From Candidatus Thorarchaeota archaeon (GTDB lineage Archaea > Asgardarchaeota > Thorarchaeia > Thorarchaeales > Thorarchaeaceae): a stretch of 64,000 bases of DNA. The notes below the pieces were generated by a model. The model ran no database searches. It had not been told where the DNA came from and was given only the letters and a program-made list of their open reading frames with translations. Both the position numbers and the translations under genes were made by a program. Position 1 is the stretch's first letter, and the number at the start of each line of letters is the position of its first letter. The stretch is from positions 663,123 to 727,122 of the forward strand of contig CP070761.1 in the NCBI GenBank assembly GCA_020348985.1, in the 5' to 3' direction. Positions 19,013-30,500 of this stretch are shown here, one piece after another.

Positions 19013-20290
19013 CTATGATTCTATTTCCTTTGACGTTTCTATTACTTCAGAAGATTTTGCAGGAATAGGTTCGATACAATCTGCTCTCCCATTTCCAACC
19101 TCTCCGGCTTTTGCTAGTCCCCATTTTGCAGCAATAGGGCCAACAATCTCCAGAAACATAGTCGAAATGGCTACTACACTCAGTATAATGGATCCAAAAA
19201 GTGCAGCTTCTCCGCCTAATACAGAGAATTCACTTTCTATGATCACACTGAGTCCTAGTGCAACACCAGCTTGGCTGAGAAGACATATTCCTAAATACTT
19301 CTTCACGGTTGGTTCACTTGATGTTAGAATTCCTCCTATACGCGCGCCAACTACTTTTCCAAATGTTCTCCCGCCAATGTACAAGATGGTGAGAATAATC
19401 ACAGTGCCACCAAGACCACCCATGAATACTGAAAGATTCGTTTTCGCTCCAGCTAGAACAAAGAACAACATAACAATTGGAGCCATTATCACTTCAAGCA
19501 TTTGAGGCCCTTGCTGTTTTTCCTGTGGTACACCATTGCCAACAATAACTCCGAATGCAATAGCAGCGAGAATGTCATTGAACGCAAGATAATCGACTAC
19601 ACCAACTAGAAGGATAACTAGTGCGAGTTCTAATTCAACGATCACGCCCTTCTCTTCTTCAATCTTGACGAATTGTGTAAACACAATGCCAAAGATAACA
19701 CCAACGAGAATTGATCCTCCGGTCATGATTAAGGGACTGATGATGACAGAGAACAGACCATTAGTTGCAGCTGTCAGGTGAAAGAGTGCAAAGGCTATGA
19801 CAGCATTAGTTAACACAACGGCAATGATATCGTCCATTGCTAACACAAACATGAGAGATTCCGTCACTGGTCCCTTGCATTCATGATCCCAGATTACATC
19901 TGCAGTTGCAGCTGGAGCTGTCGCACTTGCAATTGATCCTAGGATCAAAGCAACATACATCTGTTGAGTGACGGAAAATACCAAGAGAGCAACTATCCAG
20001 AATGCCGATGTAGCCTCAAGAACAACAATAAGCAGGATTCTGCGAATTCTCCCCCGGAGAATGCTTGTCTTCAGTTCCAAGCCAATGTTATAACCGATTA
20101 GACCGAGGGCCAGTGTGAAAATCACACCGAGCGTATCTATGTATTCAGGAGTTATGATTCCCAAAATGCGAAGGAGTATTCCTGCGGCCATGAATCCGAC
20201 GACCTGAGGGACGCCAAATCTCTTGAATACCTTTGAGGCTACAAAAGCAAGAACAAGGCCTATTCCGATGACTATTGGTATGTTCTCCAA
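19013..20290 (-). CDS. Cation:proton antiporter (Na+/H+ exchanger, CPA2-like)
   Basis: About 12 TM; IGYNIGLEL, ASATAPAAT, LAMDD, FFVLAGA, LLSQAGVALGL. Confidence 0.9.
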   Translation of the reverse strand: MENIPIVIGIGLVLAFVASKVFKRFGVPQVVGFMAAGILLRILGIITPEYIDTLGVIFTLALGLIGYNIGLELKTSILRGRIRRILLIVVLEATSAFWIVALLVFSVTQQMYVALILGSIASATAPAATADVIWDHECKGPVTESLMFVLAMDDIIAVVLTNAVIAFALFHLTAATNGLFSVIISPLIMTGGSILVGVIFGIVFTQFVKIEEEKGVIVELELALVILLVGVVDYLAFNDILAAIAFGVIVGNGVPQEKQQGPQMLEVIMAPIVMLFFVLAGAKTNLSVFMGGLGGTVIILTILYIGGRTFGKVVGARIGGILTSSEPTVKKYLGICLLSQAGVALGLSVIIESEFSVLGGEAALFGSIILSVVAISTMFLEIVGPIAAKWGLAKAGEVGNGRADCIEPIPAKSSEVIETSKEIES

Positions 20291-20321
20291 AACAAGCCCT
20301 CCTCTGTCTAGTCGTATGTCC

Positions 20322-20531
20322 TTACCAGATATCGATCCAAACCAGTTTGGCGCCCACGGTACTCAACTTTGGGTTGTACATGGGTTCTTTCGAACCTGTT
20401 GGGCGCCCAGTAAGATAGTTCTTGGCTTTGTAAAGCAGCAGCGATAGTATTGTAGCAAAGAGCATTAGCGTGACTGATAACATGAATTCTTCAAGTAATT
20501 CAAACATCTCAACCAAGTAGGGTATTATCAT
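20322..20531 (-). CDS. Small single-TM protein upstream of the antiporter
   Basis: 69 aa with one hydrophobic helix; GGTGA SD-like motif before the ATG; co-oriented with the antiporter. Confidence 0.45.
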   Translation of the reverse strand: MIIPYLVEMFELLEEFMLSVTLMLFATILSLLLYKAKNYLTGRPTGSKEPMYNPKLSTVGAKLVWIDIW

Positions 20532-20660
20532 TTGTCCTTCACCACAACAACAGTGACAGAAGATCTATGTGGAAACGCGTAAAGCACAGTCTGGTTTGTA
20601 TCGCTTTTAAGCTATTCTATATGACAAAGATATATTCAAACTCATACAGATATAAAATCT

Positions 20661-20678
20661 ATATTATTTGAATAATAT
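20661..20678. promoter_or_regulatory. Palindromic operator-like site in a very AT-rich intergenic region
   Basis: ATATTATT-TG-AATAATAT perfect 8-bp inverted repeat. Confidence 0.4.
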
Positions 20679-20967
20679 TTGGTCTATAATATACGTTAAT
20701 GGTTTGTTTAATGTTGTAGTCATCAAAAGTATTATTGATTTGGTAATAATTTGAATCGGGACCAAAGAGAATCAAGACCTCATGTGATTAGGCAGACAGC
20801 TTGTGGACAAGAACATCATTAATGCCATATTGAATCAGGGTGAGCAAGTGTTTTGGCGCATTGTGTGTGGTATTTTCTCTGAGGCGAAGACTTTTACTAG
20901 GTTGCGATATATAGGACATGTTGTAACGTGGGATGTCTGAAATCCGGCAGTCAAGGGATGAGAATCG

Positions 20968-21366
20968 TTGAGTACCACATGGTTCATAGCAAAGGAGTAC
21001 CTAAAGCGATTGGATATTGACTTCGAAGAGAAGGGTCGAAAAACATTCAGTCTGTTTCCATACGGCCCGACAGAGACTGAGGAGATTGAAGTCTTTCCCG
21101 GAACCAATTGGATCACTCTTACAACCCGACTATACGACTTGTCTGACATCAAATCTAAAGAAAAGAGGATTGCTTATGAACGGCTTCTGAAGGCCAATGC
21201 AAAACTTGTCGAGATGAACTTCGGAATCGACAAGAAGAACTTCATAGTCTTGCGAAACGCCCTTCCTGTCATCGGGATTTCTTATGATGCATTCAACTGC
21301 GTTTACGAAGCACACCTAGCAGGCATTCGTTTCTTCTACAAAGAGATGCTGCCCACCCTTGAGTAG
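20968..21366 (+). CDS. YbjN/type III secretion chaperone-like domain protein
   Basis: 132 aa; YERLLKANAKLVEMNFGID pattern typical of the YbjN/CesT fold. Confidence 0.65.
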   Translation: MSTTWFIAKEYLKRLDIDFEEKGRKTFSLFPYGPTETEEIEVFPGTNWITLTTRLYDLSDIKSKEKRIAYERLLKANAKLVEMNFGIDKKNFIVLRNALPVIGISYDAFNCVYEAHLAGIRFFYKEMLPTLE

Positions 21367-21393
21367 CCAGTGTGCTGCTTTCGAATAGGAACT

Positions 21394-21427
21394 GAAAAAG
21401 AAAAGGAGGAGAGGGGTTAGACCCCTC
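21394..21427 (-). terminator. Hairpin plus U-rich tract after giant surface protein A
   Basis: GAGGGGT-TAG-ACCCCTC stem; T-rich run follows on the minus strand. Confidence 0.65.
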
Positions 21428-21435
21428 ATTTGGTA

Positions 21436-24400
21436 TTACCGTCTACGTCTGCGAAGCATAGCAAACAGTATGACAACTACTCCCAAAACACCCACAATCA
21501 TGACCAAAGCATCTGTGCCGAGACCGGGACCCCCATCTGGAGGTCCGGTTGTTATCACACCTTGTCCAACAATGTACGATCCAATGCCGGACTCTGCCCA
21601 ACCACTCTCAGTTAGCGCCCTGATCTTGAAGTATATCTGGACTCCAAGATCGTGTGGGGGAATTTCGCCAGTCCAAGTCACTGGTCCTGCAGGTGACATG
21701 CCACTCCAGCTCTCACCCAGAGTGCCCAGATCAGTACTGTAGGAGAGTTCTACTTGATAGATCTCCTCACCTGAGTAAACGTCGACACTGACAACAACAG
21801 TGTCCGTGGCTTGAGGCACTTCTGGACTAATACTGAATGTTCCAAAATCGACTGTAGTTGGAGGTCCTTCAGTACTTCCAGTGCTGGACACATAGGCCAC
21901 GAAGACAGGGTCCTGAAAGACCGAGTAGCCATCCCACTCCGGGAATCCTATCGACACATAGAATTGCGTCGAGGACCAACTCCATGCAGCTGCTGAATGG
22001 CCGCTCTCTGACTGGTACGCTGCTCTGAACGTTCCAGCGGGTGTCGTGTAGCTAGTCACATTGAACGGAGCAGTCTCGTTCTTGCTCCAATCGTACTGAT
22101 TCCCGCCCATGATCATCTCTGCGAATTTGGCATTGACCGTTGCCATCTCGAATGTGGCTGCGCTCACTATCATTTCCTGAGTCGTAGCCATGCCATCAGC
22201 CTTGAAGGCAAAGTCTTGCATATTGACATCTGCAAAGTAGTTCAATGCAAGAGATCTGTTCTCGAGATTATCACGACCGCCAATCATATCGACATCCCAA
22301 TTCCCTACATAGTTGTCAACCTTGACATCTGCGTAGTTGTTCAGAGGATCGGTCTCGTTGAGGTATCCCTGGAAGTGAACTAGAAATGAGATCTCATCTA
22401 TGGTGACCTTTGTCGGTCGCTCATCGAAAGTCCTCATGTCGCTACCCGCCACAACACCATCATACCATCCCCAATAACCGTAGGAAGTGAATGGGAACGT
22501 GGTGCCGTTTATGTCATAGAACGACACACCCCAAGTGACTTCGTCTTCGACATCAACCTCAATGAAACCCTCAGAATCGGTGTTGCCAAATGCTTCGCCA
22601 GGTGATACAAAGGACACACTATCGACATAGTCTGGGATCAGGTAGTGCGTTAGCTCGCTACCACCCGGATTCTCCATGTCAACCTGCATCGTCAAGTCTT
22701 CGTTCATATCCTCCCAGATCATGAGTCCTGAAAACTCGTAATGCAAGCCGATTCCCAGCCAGTGTTCAACATCTCCTTCAGAGTAGCTAGTACCATAGTT
22801 CTGTCCGACAGCGAAGCTCATCCAGGTCCAGGTCTGTTCATTAGATGTAATCCAGTCCCAGCCCATCTCTTCGGCTTCTGCCAGAATGTCCTCCCAAGTT
22901 GTGTTCCGGGTCATCCAAGCGATGTCCCAATAACCTGGCCGAGGCTCACCCTCTTCAGTCAAGACCGTATCAACTACGATGTCCCACTCTGCAGAGGTGA
23001 GAGGCTCAAGCGTTTCGGCATCAAACCAATAGAAGGTCTGATTCCACTCATAGGTCCATGAATAGGTGTTCAGACCGAGCCACGAATGGATGTTCATCTC
23101 GTCGCCTGGGAGTGTGGCATTTGGATCCCATGTAAGATGCATGTCCATGTTGCTCCACGAATAGGTCCAACTGTCCCTTGAACCATATTCTTCTACTACG
23201 TAGTACTGGTCGTCTGTTGTTTCGAAGTCCCCATCTAGGTCGAGAGCTCCATTCTCGGGTGCTATATCCCAGTTATTCATGCCCCACATGCCCCACTCAG
23301 GAACACCCACGACAAAGTCGTAGTAGTTCTTGTGGACCTGAGTCACTATTGGCTTGGGAGCATAGACGAGGGCGTATCCGGACCGCTCTCTTAGCCTGTA
23401 GACGTTTTCGTAGCTGTCGGTAGCATTATAGAAACCACCCTCATACGAGACGTTGTAGATTCTATGAGGATCATGAGGCCATTGCCAGTTGACAAAAAGC
23501 TGGTCCGAAGACGAGGAGTTCAGAAGCATGTAGGCTGCAACCTGGGCTCCAGTTGATGCGAGGGGATGGGTATCTCCATCGAAATCAAACACCCAGTCGG
23601 TTGAGTTGTGGTAGGCATACACCAATTGAGATGAGATCACTGGAAGGTTGTTCCAATCAGGCACAGGTATCTGCGAGCCATTGATTGCTTCGTAGTAATA
23701 GAAGTATTCGTAAGTGAACTCATCCCAGTAGGAATAGGGATACGTTCGCGTAGAATAGAACGTCTTTCCGTCCACCTCATATTCGTGCACCAAGAACAGT
23801 ACTACTGCACTGCAGTTTAGTGTAGTCCCATTGTGCAGCTCAAACATGTAGAAGTCATTGATGTTGTAAGGTTCCCTCCATGAGAACTCGTCGCCGTAGT
23901 AGATAGTCTCCCTTTGATTGAATCTGAGCTCACTGTCGAAAGTACCTACATTTGCACTCCAACCTGTTAAGGATGGATCCCATATGTTTGTCCCATTGGC
24001 CTTTGAGTGGACTAGCTCTGTGTAGTTCACAAGATAGGGTACGGAATTGATGTCAACATAGTAGTCGTGGCTGATATTGTAGACAGGATAGACTTCTCCG
24101 TCAAGTTCCAGCCACCACTTTGTCGGTACTACGCCTCCGTTGACATCGTCCCTATCCAAGTCGTACTCTGAGTGAGCGTTCGCGCCAGGATACGGCATTT
24201 CATGCTTGACCCCATCCTTCTCATGGTACCAGAACTCGTCTGCCCTCCATTCGAAGAAGTAGGCATCCTGTCCACCGTACTGCTCAACTTTCAGGTACCA
24301 CCAGTCAACTCTATCGTATACAACTCCGTCAACTTCGATCTCATACCAACCGGTTGATGGATTGTACCACGATTCGTAGAGGTTTCCATCAATATCCGTC

Positions 24401-27288
24401 AGGAATTCTCTTTGATTCATACTTGACCAACGTCGGTCAACGATGACTAGCGACTGGTCAAGCCCAAATCTGTAGAGATAGACCCAATCTTCTGATTCGG
24501 CTGGAAGCTTGTCGACTTCAGTGAATTCCACGTTGTATCGTCCATACTCGGCATAATCACCCTGGTGAATATTACCATAGATGTCAAACCAGTAGTAGTA
24601 GCTTGTACCTCCATACTCCCAGTAGTAGTTGTAGTCCATCGCCGTAAGGAAGCTATCACCACCCGAGGTTGTGACATTGTAGATTCGGTAAATCCGATCA
24701 CGGTCTAGTCTGAACTCTGTACCATTCTTCAAGAGATAGTAGTACATTCCCACATCGTTCTCGTAGTCCCATCGATATAGAACCAAATCCTGGTAGGTTT
24801 GTCCGCTCCAAGGTTCATAGTGCTCGATATTCTTGATTGCTAGCTCCTTGCCATCTAGGACTATGTAGGGAGTGGTACTTCCTAACATGTAGTCTGGTGA
24901 CAGGGCGCTACTGTTGAATGCCAGCTGATTGGCATTGAACGGATCCATGTAGATCTTCTCAGCACCGATGTCGAAGCTGTAGACAAATTCACGCTCCCAT
25001 GAAAGCACTTCGTGGAGACCGTATTCACTTGAGTAGTCCTCGAACCAAGTGTTGTTCATGAATGCGAAGTCCCACCAGTAGTTGGCATCTGGGGAGCTGT
25101 CACTCATATTGACTAGGAAGGTAACGTAGAGGTCATCGTCTTCAACCCAGGTTGTGAAATCGGTGGTTTCGCCAAAGTCCGCAGACACTGCAGCTTGAGC
25201 GCTTTGGTCACCAAACCACTCCTGCTGCCATTTTCCAGACAACTGGTTGTAGATCCATGACGTCCAATGCCACCCTTCGACCTCAACACTTTGATACTCT
25301 TCATGTTCTCCGTAGGCCCACTCCCAAGTATTGGTGGACTCGTTGTAGTATTGGTACCAGCCTTCAACAATCACAGGCTGCCAATCCCAATATGTACCGT
25401 AAGTTTGATTGTACTTCTCAGTATGATTGAAGGCCTTCACGGTGGGATAGCCAGTCATGTTCAAGACGATTTCGTACGTGACTCTAGACCACCTAGATTC
25501 CTCTTCGGTCCAGTAGCTTGAGTGACCATTCATTACGAACATCACTGCATCAATGTCATCTGCAATCGCGCCGCCACCCTGCAGTCTTCCCTCTACCATG
25601 AATGGATCATTCTTGTCAATCTGCAGCATCCAGCCTCTGGGTTCAGTACCATCCGCTCTCAAGATACGTGCGATAGTAACAGGAATCTCAATAGTTATAG
25701 TCTTGGCAAGTCGGAATTCTGCTTCTGTCTGGCGTGAGAAATCTCCTCCAGTATCAGGATAGTAGTAGTTCCACTCGTCACCAGGACCTTTCACTTCAGG
25801 TCTAAACTCGTTATAGTATGAATTTTCAGTCGAAACTGGCATCATCTGAGTAAAGTGTCCAACAATGTCAACAACCAAGTCACCGCCCACTGTAGAAACG
25901 GAACAGAGTGGTTCATTCATCTCATAGTACAGGGGCATTTCTGGAGTTAGTGATTCCCAGACTTCTACTCTTTCTTCCCAAATGCCATCAACGAAGTGAT
26001 CGAGAGGATATTCGTAGTAAACGTAGTGATAGTAGGTCTCCCAATCATCAGAGGTGCTGTTGTAAATGTATCTCATTTCCTGTTCATAGACATACAAGTC
26101 TCCGTAGACTACATCGTACCATTCGGTCTGGGTCGCTTCATCCCAGAACCATTCGAGTCTGTATCCCTTAATGTCCTCTGACAGTCCCGTCTCAATCCAC
26201 TGCCGGGACTCGTAGGTGCCAAACACATAGTCCATGTACGTGACAGGGACAGTGTCATCCCAAACATATGTTTCGAGAGTGCTATTGTATACCCATCCAC
26301 CGTACTCAGTCACAAGCTCATAGTGATCTCCAGTGATATTGACAGGCACTTCAAGACCATCTGGTATCTGATAACCAAGTGATACCCAATCAGGTGTCTG
26401 ACCTGCAACATTGAATCTCATTACGAAGTCTTGGCCTCTGCTCAATGAGTAGACTGGGTCACCATCAAGGTCTAGCTTCTGTAAAGTGTAAGATCCTCCA
26501 TAAGAATAGGTATAGGCCTCACTCGGAGGAATACCAACAGCAATCCCACGGAACTCCCATCCGGTCATGTAGTTCTGTGTGCTAATTGACTGTCCTTGAT
26601 CGTCGTTTCCCCACATGTTGAGTTCGTAAAGACCCTGTGGAGCATCGGCAGTGAAACTAATTATGAAAGTGAAGTAGTGAGCATCATCATCTGAAGTGTG
26701 CGTGCATTCTTCAGAGTATATCTCAATCCAGTTGTACATTTCATCCCAACCGCCTTCATCACTCTGGTTGTATTGATAACTATGGGAATACCAGTCTTCC
26801 ATTCCGTCCCATGAGTTATACCCAAAGCCAAAGTCGGCGGAGAAGTTCCAATTCGCTGTTTGGTACCAGCCGTTGAAGCTTATGCTTTGCAGCTCAGATC
26901 CAAGTGCGAAGACACTCGTGGGAATCACGGCCTCTACCTTGATCTTTTCTCCAATCTGAGCGTAACTTTCATCACCAAAGGGCGCGTTGTTCTCATGGAA
27001 TATCTCATAGGTGGGAGATGGTCCAAACAGCCAATTTCGGTGTTCCCAGCTCCATGTATCGCTACTACTATTTGTGTCCTGCCGCCACCAGACTGAAGTG
27101 CCGCCTTCCGAGTCCTGTGCGATATAGGACTGCCAGTCTTCAGAATTGGCAATATCATAACTGAGCGGGTTCGCGGCTTCTGCTGAAGTTGGTAGAGCCA
27201 CAGCAGAACCTGCATAAAACATCGACAAGACAAAAATAACAGCAGCGACTACTGAAGCAGACTTCTTGTAAGCATCCTTTCGTCGCAT
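21436..27288 (-). CDS. Giant secreted, C-terminally anchored surface (S-layer-like) glycoprotein A
   Basis: Signal peptide MRRKDAYKKSASVVAAVIFVLSMFYAGSAVA; W/Y/D/E-rich; many N-x-S/T sequons; one Ig-like domain; GGP plus TM plus RRRRR tail. Confidence 0.8.
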   Translation of the reverse strand: MRRKDAYKKSASVVAAVIFVLSMFYAGSAVALPTSAEAANPLSYDIANSEDWQSYIAQDSEGGTSVWWRQDTNSSSDTWSWEHRNWLFGPSPTYEIFHENNAPFGDESYAQIGEKIKVEAVIPTSVFALGSELQSISFNGWYQTANWNFSADFGFGYNSWDGMEDWYSHSYQYNQSDEGGWDEMYNWIEIYSEECTHTSDDDAHYFTFIISFTADAPQGLYELNMWGNDDQGQSISTQNYMTGWEFRGIAVGIPPSEAYTYSYGGSYTLQKLDLDGDPVYSLSRGQDFVMRFNVAGQTPDWVSLGYQIPDGLEVPVNITGDHYELVTEYGGWVYNSTLETYVWDDTVPVTYMDYVFGTYESRQWIETGLSEDIKGYRLEWFWDEATQTEWYDVVYGDLYVYEQEMRYIYNSTSDDWETYYHYVYYEYPLDHFVDGIWEERVEVWESLTPEMPLYYEMNEPLCSVSTVGGDLVVDIVGHFTQMMPVSTENSYYNEFRPEVKGPGDEWNYYYPDTGGDFSRQTEAEFRLAKTITIEIPVTIARILRADGTEPRGWMLQIDKNDPFMVEGRLQGGGAIADDIDAVMFVMNGHSSYWTEEESRWSRVTYEIVLNMTGYPTVKAFNHTEKYNQTYGTYWDWQPVIVEGWYQYYNESTNTWEWAYGEHEEYQSVEVEGWHWTSWIYNQLSGKWQQEWFGDQSAQAAVSADFGETTDFTTWVEDDDLYVTFLVNMSDSSPDANYWWDFAFMNNTWFEDYSSEYGLHEVLSWEREFVYSFDIGAEKIYMDPFNANQLAFNSSALSPDYMLGSTTPYIVLDGKELAIKNIEHYEPWSGQTYQDLVLYRWDYENDVGMYYYLLKNGTEFRLDRDRIYRIYNVTTSGGDSFLTAMDYNYYWEYGGTSYYYWFDIYGNIHQGDYAEYGRYNVEFTEVDKLPAESEDWVYLYRFGLDQSLVIVDRRWSSMNQREFLTDIDGNLYESWYNPSTGWYEIEVDGVVYDRVDWWYLKVEQYGGQDAYFFEWRADEFWYHEKDGVKHEMPYPGANAHSEYDLDRDDVNGGVVPTKWWLELDGEVYPVYNISHDYYVDINSVPYLVNYTELVHSKANGTNIWDPSLTGWSANVGTFDSELRFNQRETIYYGDEFSWREPYNINDFYMFELHNGTTLNCSAVVLFLVHEYEVDGKTFYSTRTYPYSYWDEFTYEYFYYYEAINGSQIPVPDWNNLPVISSQLVYAYHNSTDWVFDFDGDTHPLASTGAQVAAYMLLNSSSSDQLFVNWQWPHDPHRIYNVSYEGGFYNATDSYENVYRLRERSGYALVYAPKPIVTQVHKNYYDFVVGVPEWGMWGMNNWDIAPENGALDLDGDFETTDDQYYVVEEYGSRDSWTYSWSNMDMHLTWDPNATLPGDEMNIHSWLGLNTYSWTYEWNQTFYWFDAETLEPLTSAEWDIVVDTVLTEEGEPRPGYWDIAWMTRNTTWEDILAEAEEMGWDWITSNEQTWTWMSFAVGQNYGTSYSEGDVEHWLGIGLHYEFSGLMIWEDMNEDLTMQVDMENPGGSELTHYLIPDYVDSVSFVSPGEAFGNTDSEGFIEVDVEDEVTWGVSFYDINGTTFPFTSYGYWGWYDGVVAGSDMRTFDERPTKVTIDEISFLVHFQGYLNETDPLNNYADVKVDNYVGNWDVDMIGGRDNLENRSLALNYFADVNMQDFAFKADGMATTQEMIVSAATFEMATVNAKFAEMIMGGNQYDWSKNETAPFNVTSYTTPAGTFRAAYQSESGHSAAAWSWSSTQFYVSIGFPEWDGYSVFQDPVFVAYVSSTGSTEGPPTTVDFGTFSISPEVPQATDTVVVSVDVYSGEEIYQVELSYSTDLGTLGESWSGMSPAGPVTWTGEIPPHDLGVQIYFKIRALTESGWAESGIGSYIVGQGVITTGPPDGGPGLGTDALVMIVGVLGVVVILFAMLRRRRR

Positions 27289-27413
27289 ATTTATCATTTC
27301 TCCATTAGAGCAGCTTCGAAGCTGTTTGCTCGCCAAAGATAACTGGGACTTGTGAAAAGCATCCCGCGGTCATTCGGATCCGTATTGGCGCGCTGACTAA
27401 TAGGATATATTCA

Positions 27414-27444
27414 ATACTGCCTCTAATGCGAATATAAGAAAACG
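27414..27444 (-). promoter_or_regulatory. Putative TATA promoter of surface protein A
   Basis: CTTATATT on the minus strand; similar to 35001-35032 upstream of paralog B. Confidence 0.5.
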
Positions 27445-27590
27445 TACGACGTATCGAGTACAATGTGGAACTAGGAAACCGATTTTGATTTCCATTTCCT
27501 AGAATTCTCTCAGGTTCATTCGTTGACCCAGAGTATGCTCCGTGCATGAGAAAGAAATTGGATAGGCGACGGGCAGAAGCCCGCCTCCTT

Positions 27591-30500
27591 TCACTGTCTC
27601 CTTCTGCGAAGACCGCCTAGAATCACGACAAGCAGCAACATACCAACGAACGTAGCGATTATGGTAGTGGAAAGTGGACCTCCTTCCGGCAGTGGTTCTG
27701 TTGGGCCAGTGGTTGTGGTTGTAGTTTCTGTTGTTGTCGTTGTGGTGGTGGTGGTTTCATCGGCCACCAAGTACTGCTGCTGAGCGGAATCAGCGCTATT
27801 ACCTGCTGTGTCATAGGCCCTCACAAAGTAGGTCACTATAGATCCGTCAGCCTGAGGTGGAATGACCGCGCTATACTCGTCGCCGTCCGCAGTCATGAGT
27901 ATAGTTATCCACTCACCGCCGTCGACTTGGTAATAGAGAGTGACGTTTGCAATACCTACGTCATCAACAACCATCGCCGTTATAGTGACAGCATCTGCTG
28001 AAGTCGGCGAAGGTAGGTCGATTGACACAGTTTGGATTTGGGGTGCCACTAGGTCTCCGTCGTTGACAGAGTAGCTGGCCGTCGACGTCTGAGACATCTG
28101 ATCTAGATTGTCATATGCAACAATGTAGTACTCGACAAAAGAACCATCTGGTTGTGCTGGAATTATTGCAGAATAGGTGTCCCCAGCCGCTGACATGACC
28201 AGACCGTTCCAAGAGCCGCCATCTACCCTGTAATAGAGTGTGACATTCTTGACGGAATAGTCATCCACAACTGTCACTGAAATCGTCACAGCGTCTGACG
28301 ATGTCGGTTGCGTAGGATCAACGCTGAAGAGACCTATGCCAGGTGCGGAATCACCTTCAGTGGTGAACATGTAGCTGTCCTGAACCGATGTCTTGCTGTT
28401 GCCTTGACCGTCTGTCGCAGTAACGGTGTAGAATATCCATATCCCTGGATTGTGATTTGGAATCTCATACTCCCACATGAAAGTCGAAGGATTGTAAGTC
28501 ATATCCACGACATTGGGATCACTTCCATTGGTCCATGTCAACTGAACAGTGCTGAGTCCTGAACCACCGCTGTCAGATACAGAGGCCTCAACCAAAAGCG
28601 TCTCAATTCCGCTGATATTCAGCATGGTTCCAGTAACTGATGCTATGTTCGGCTCTATGATATCGTTGAAGTGATATGTCTGTGTAGAGGATTGGACGAA
28701 GTTACCCGCATTATCATATGCAATGAGGATGTACTGCAAGTCATACTCTGCACCTGAGGTCCTGCTAACATTGACTTCCCACTTGCCGTTGCCCGAGTTG
28801 AAAGTCATTGGCCTAGTTTCATCAGTGTTCACTAGGTAGATGTCCACATAGTCAATATCTGACGGCCCTATGTCTGTTGCCACGACTGAGATGGTGACGT
28901 ACGACTGAAGTGAATCCCCTGAACTAATGCCCAGGCTGCTGAGTTCTGGGTCAAATGGGTCATTCCAAAAGTCGTGACTCAGTAGAGCTGTACTGTTCTC
29001 GTTCCCTGCGTAGTCAAGAACTACAACCGTGTAGTTGAAAATGTAGTGAGTAGATCCGACCATCTGGACATATCCTGTCCAAAGTTCGGTGTCTCCATTG
29101 TACGTCAGAGATGTATTGGATTTGTCCGAGTCGTCCATGACCCTGACTTCAGCCACACCAGAACCCCCGATATCGCTGGCTGCAACTTCAAAGTGAAGCT
29201 GCTCTTTGCTGTTGACGTACTTGACCTCAGTATCAAGGCTATCGAGCGAGGGTTTAAGCGTGTCACTTATTCCCTGAGATGATGAATATCCAACGAAAAC
29301 AGGATCGACGGATATTTCATAGCCGCCCCACCATCTGAAGTTGATTATTGTGTAGAAGTGCGCAGACATAACCTTGAACGAAGTTGCACTTCCACCTGCA
29401 TCAGATCTGTACGCAGCCTCGAATGCACGGACAGGTACAGTTTGCGCATCAACGACTGTGTAATTCGCACTTGGAATCTTGCTCCAGGTGTATGGCTGAC
29501 CACCAAGATTCATTGACGCGACTTCAGCTGCACCCATTGACACGTTATACTTTTGTGACGATGCGGTGGCATTGTTGGTCAGTTTTTGACCCAAATCGTC
29601 AACATATTGAGTAGTTAGAAGCGTGCCGTTCTCGTCTCTCATAGTCACGTGGCTGTAGAACGCCACGCCCAAGCTGCGTCCGGCAAGTACTGACCTACCA
29701 CCGGGGGCATCTACATCCCATTCTCCGACGGTTAGATTGAACTTCACTTCGCCTTTGTTGTTGCTTGCATTCGTTATGTTCCCTTCAAACTCAACACCAA
29801 TCTCGAAACTGTCTGTTGTCGCGCCTGACGGTCTTTCATCAAAGGTTGAGAAATCACTACCATAGTATTGACCTTGGTACCAATCCCAATAGCTATAATC
29901 ACCAAATGGGAAGACAGCACCGCTCACATTCTCAAATGCCACGCCAAATGGTATGCTCGCGTTCACAGAGTAGAAGTCATTGCCTATAGCACTGCCGTTA
30001 GGAGTTGTGAAAGTAACACCATCAACACCTATTGGCATCCAGTAGTGAGTAAGTTCCGAGTCGTCAAGATTGGATGGATCAACGTCCATGACATTATTCG
30101 AGTTCGTGTCATTCCAAGCAAGCATTCCTGCGAATTCGTGCCAGACATCTACCGATACATACTCGGTTTCCGTATTATTGATGTACTCCGTTCCATAATG
30201 TTCGTAAAGCTCCCACCATATCCAAGACCATTCCTGTGAGTCTTCGACTGCCCAATCCCAGCCTTCATCTGTGGCCATCTGCTTCAAGTCTGTCTTGGTG
30301 AAATTCTCAGCCATCCAAGCTATGTCCCAGTATCCCGGTCTCGGGCGTCCTTCCTGATCGAAGAGTGTACTATTGATTGCTGCCCACTGGGAAGGTGACA
30401 CGGGGTCTCCGGTCTCTGCATCAAACCAGTAGAAGTTATCTGACCAGTCCGAAGTCCAGTTAACTGTGTAAAGGCCTGTGTATGATTCTACGAAGAACTC

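Noticed and set aside
18918-19505. 195-aa plus-strand ORF and the many other 60-160 aa antisense ORFs
   Set aside because: They are shadows of well-supported genes on the opposite strand or frame, with no recognisable motifs.
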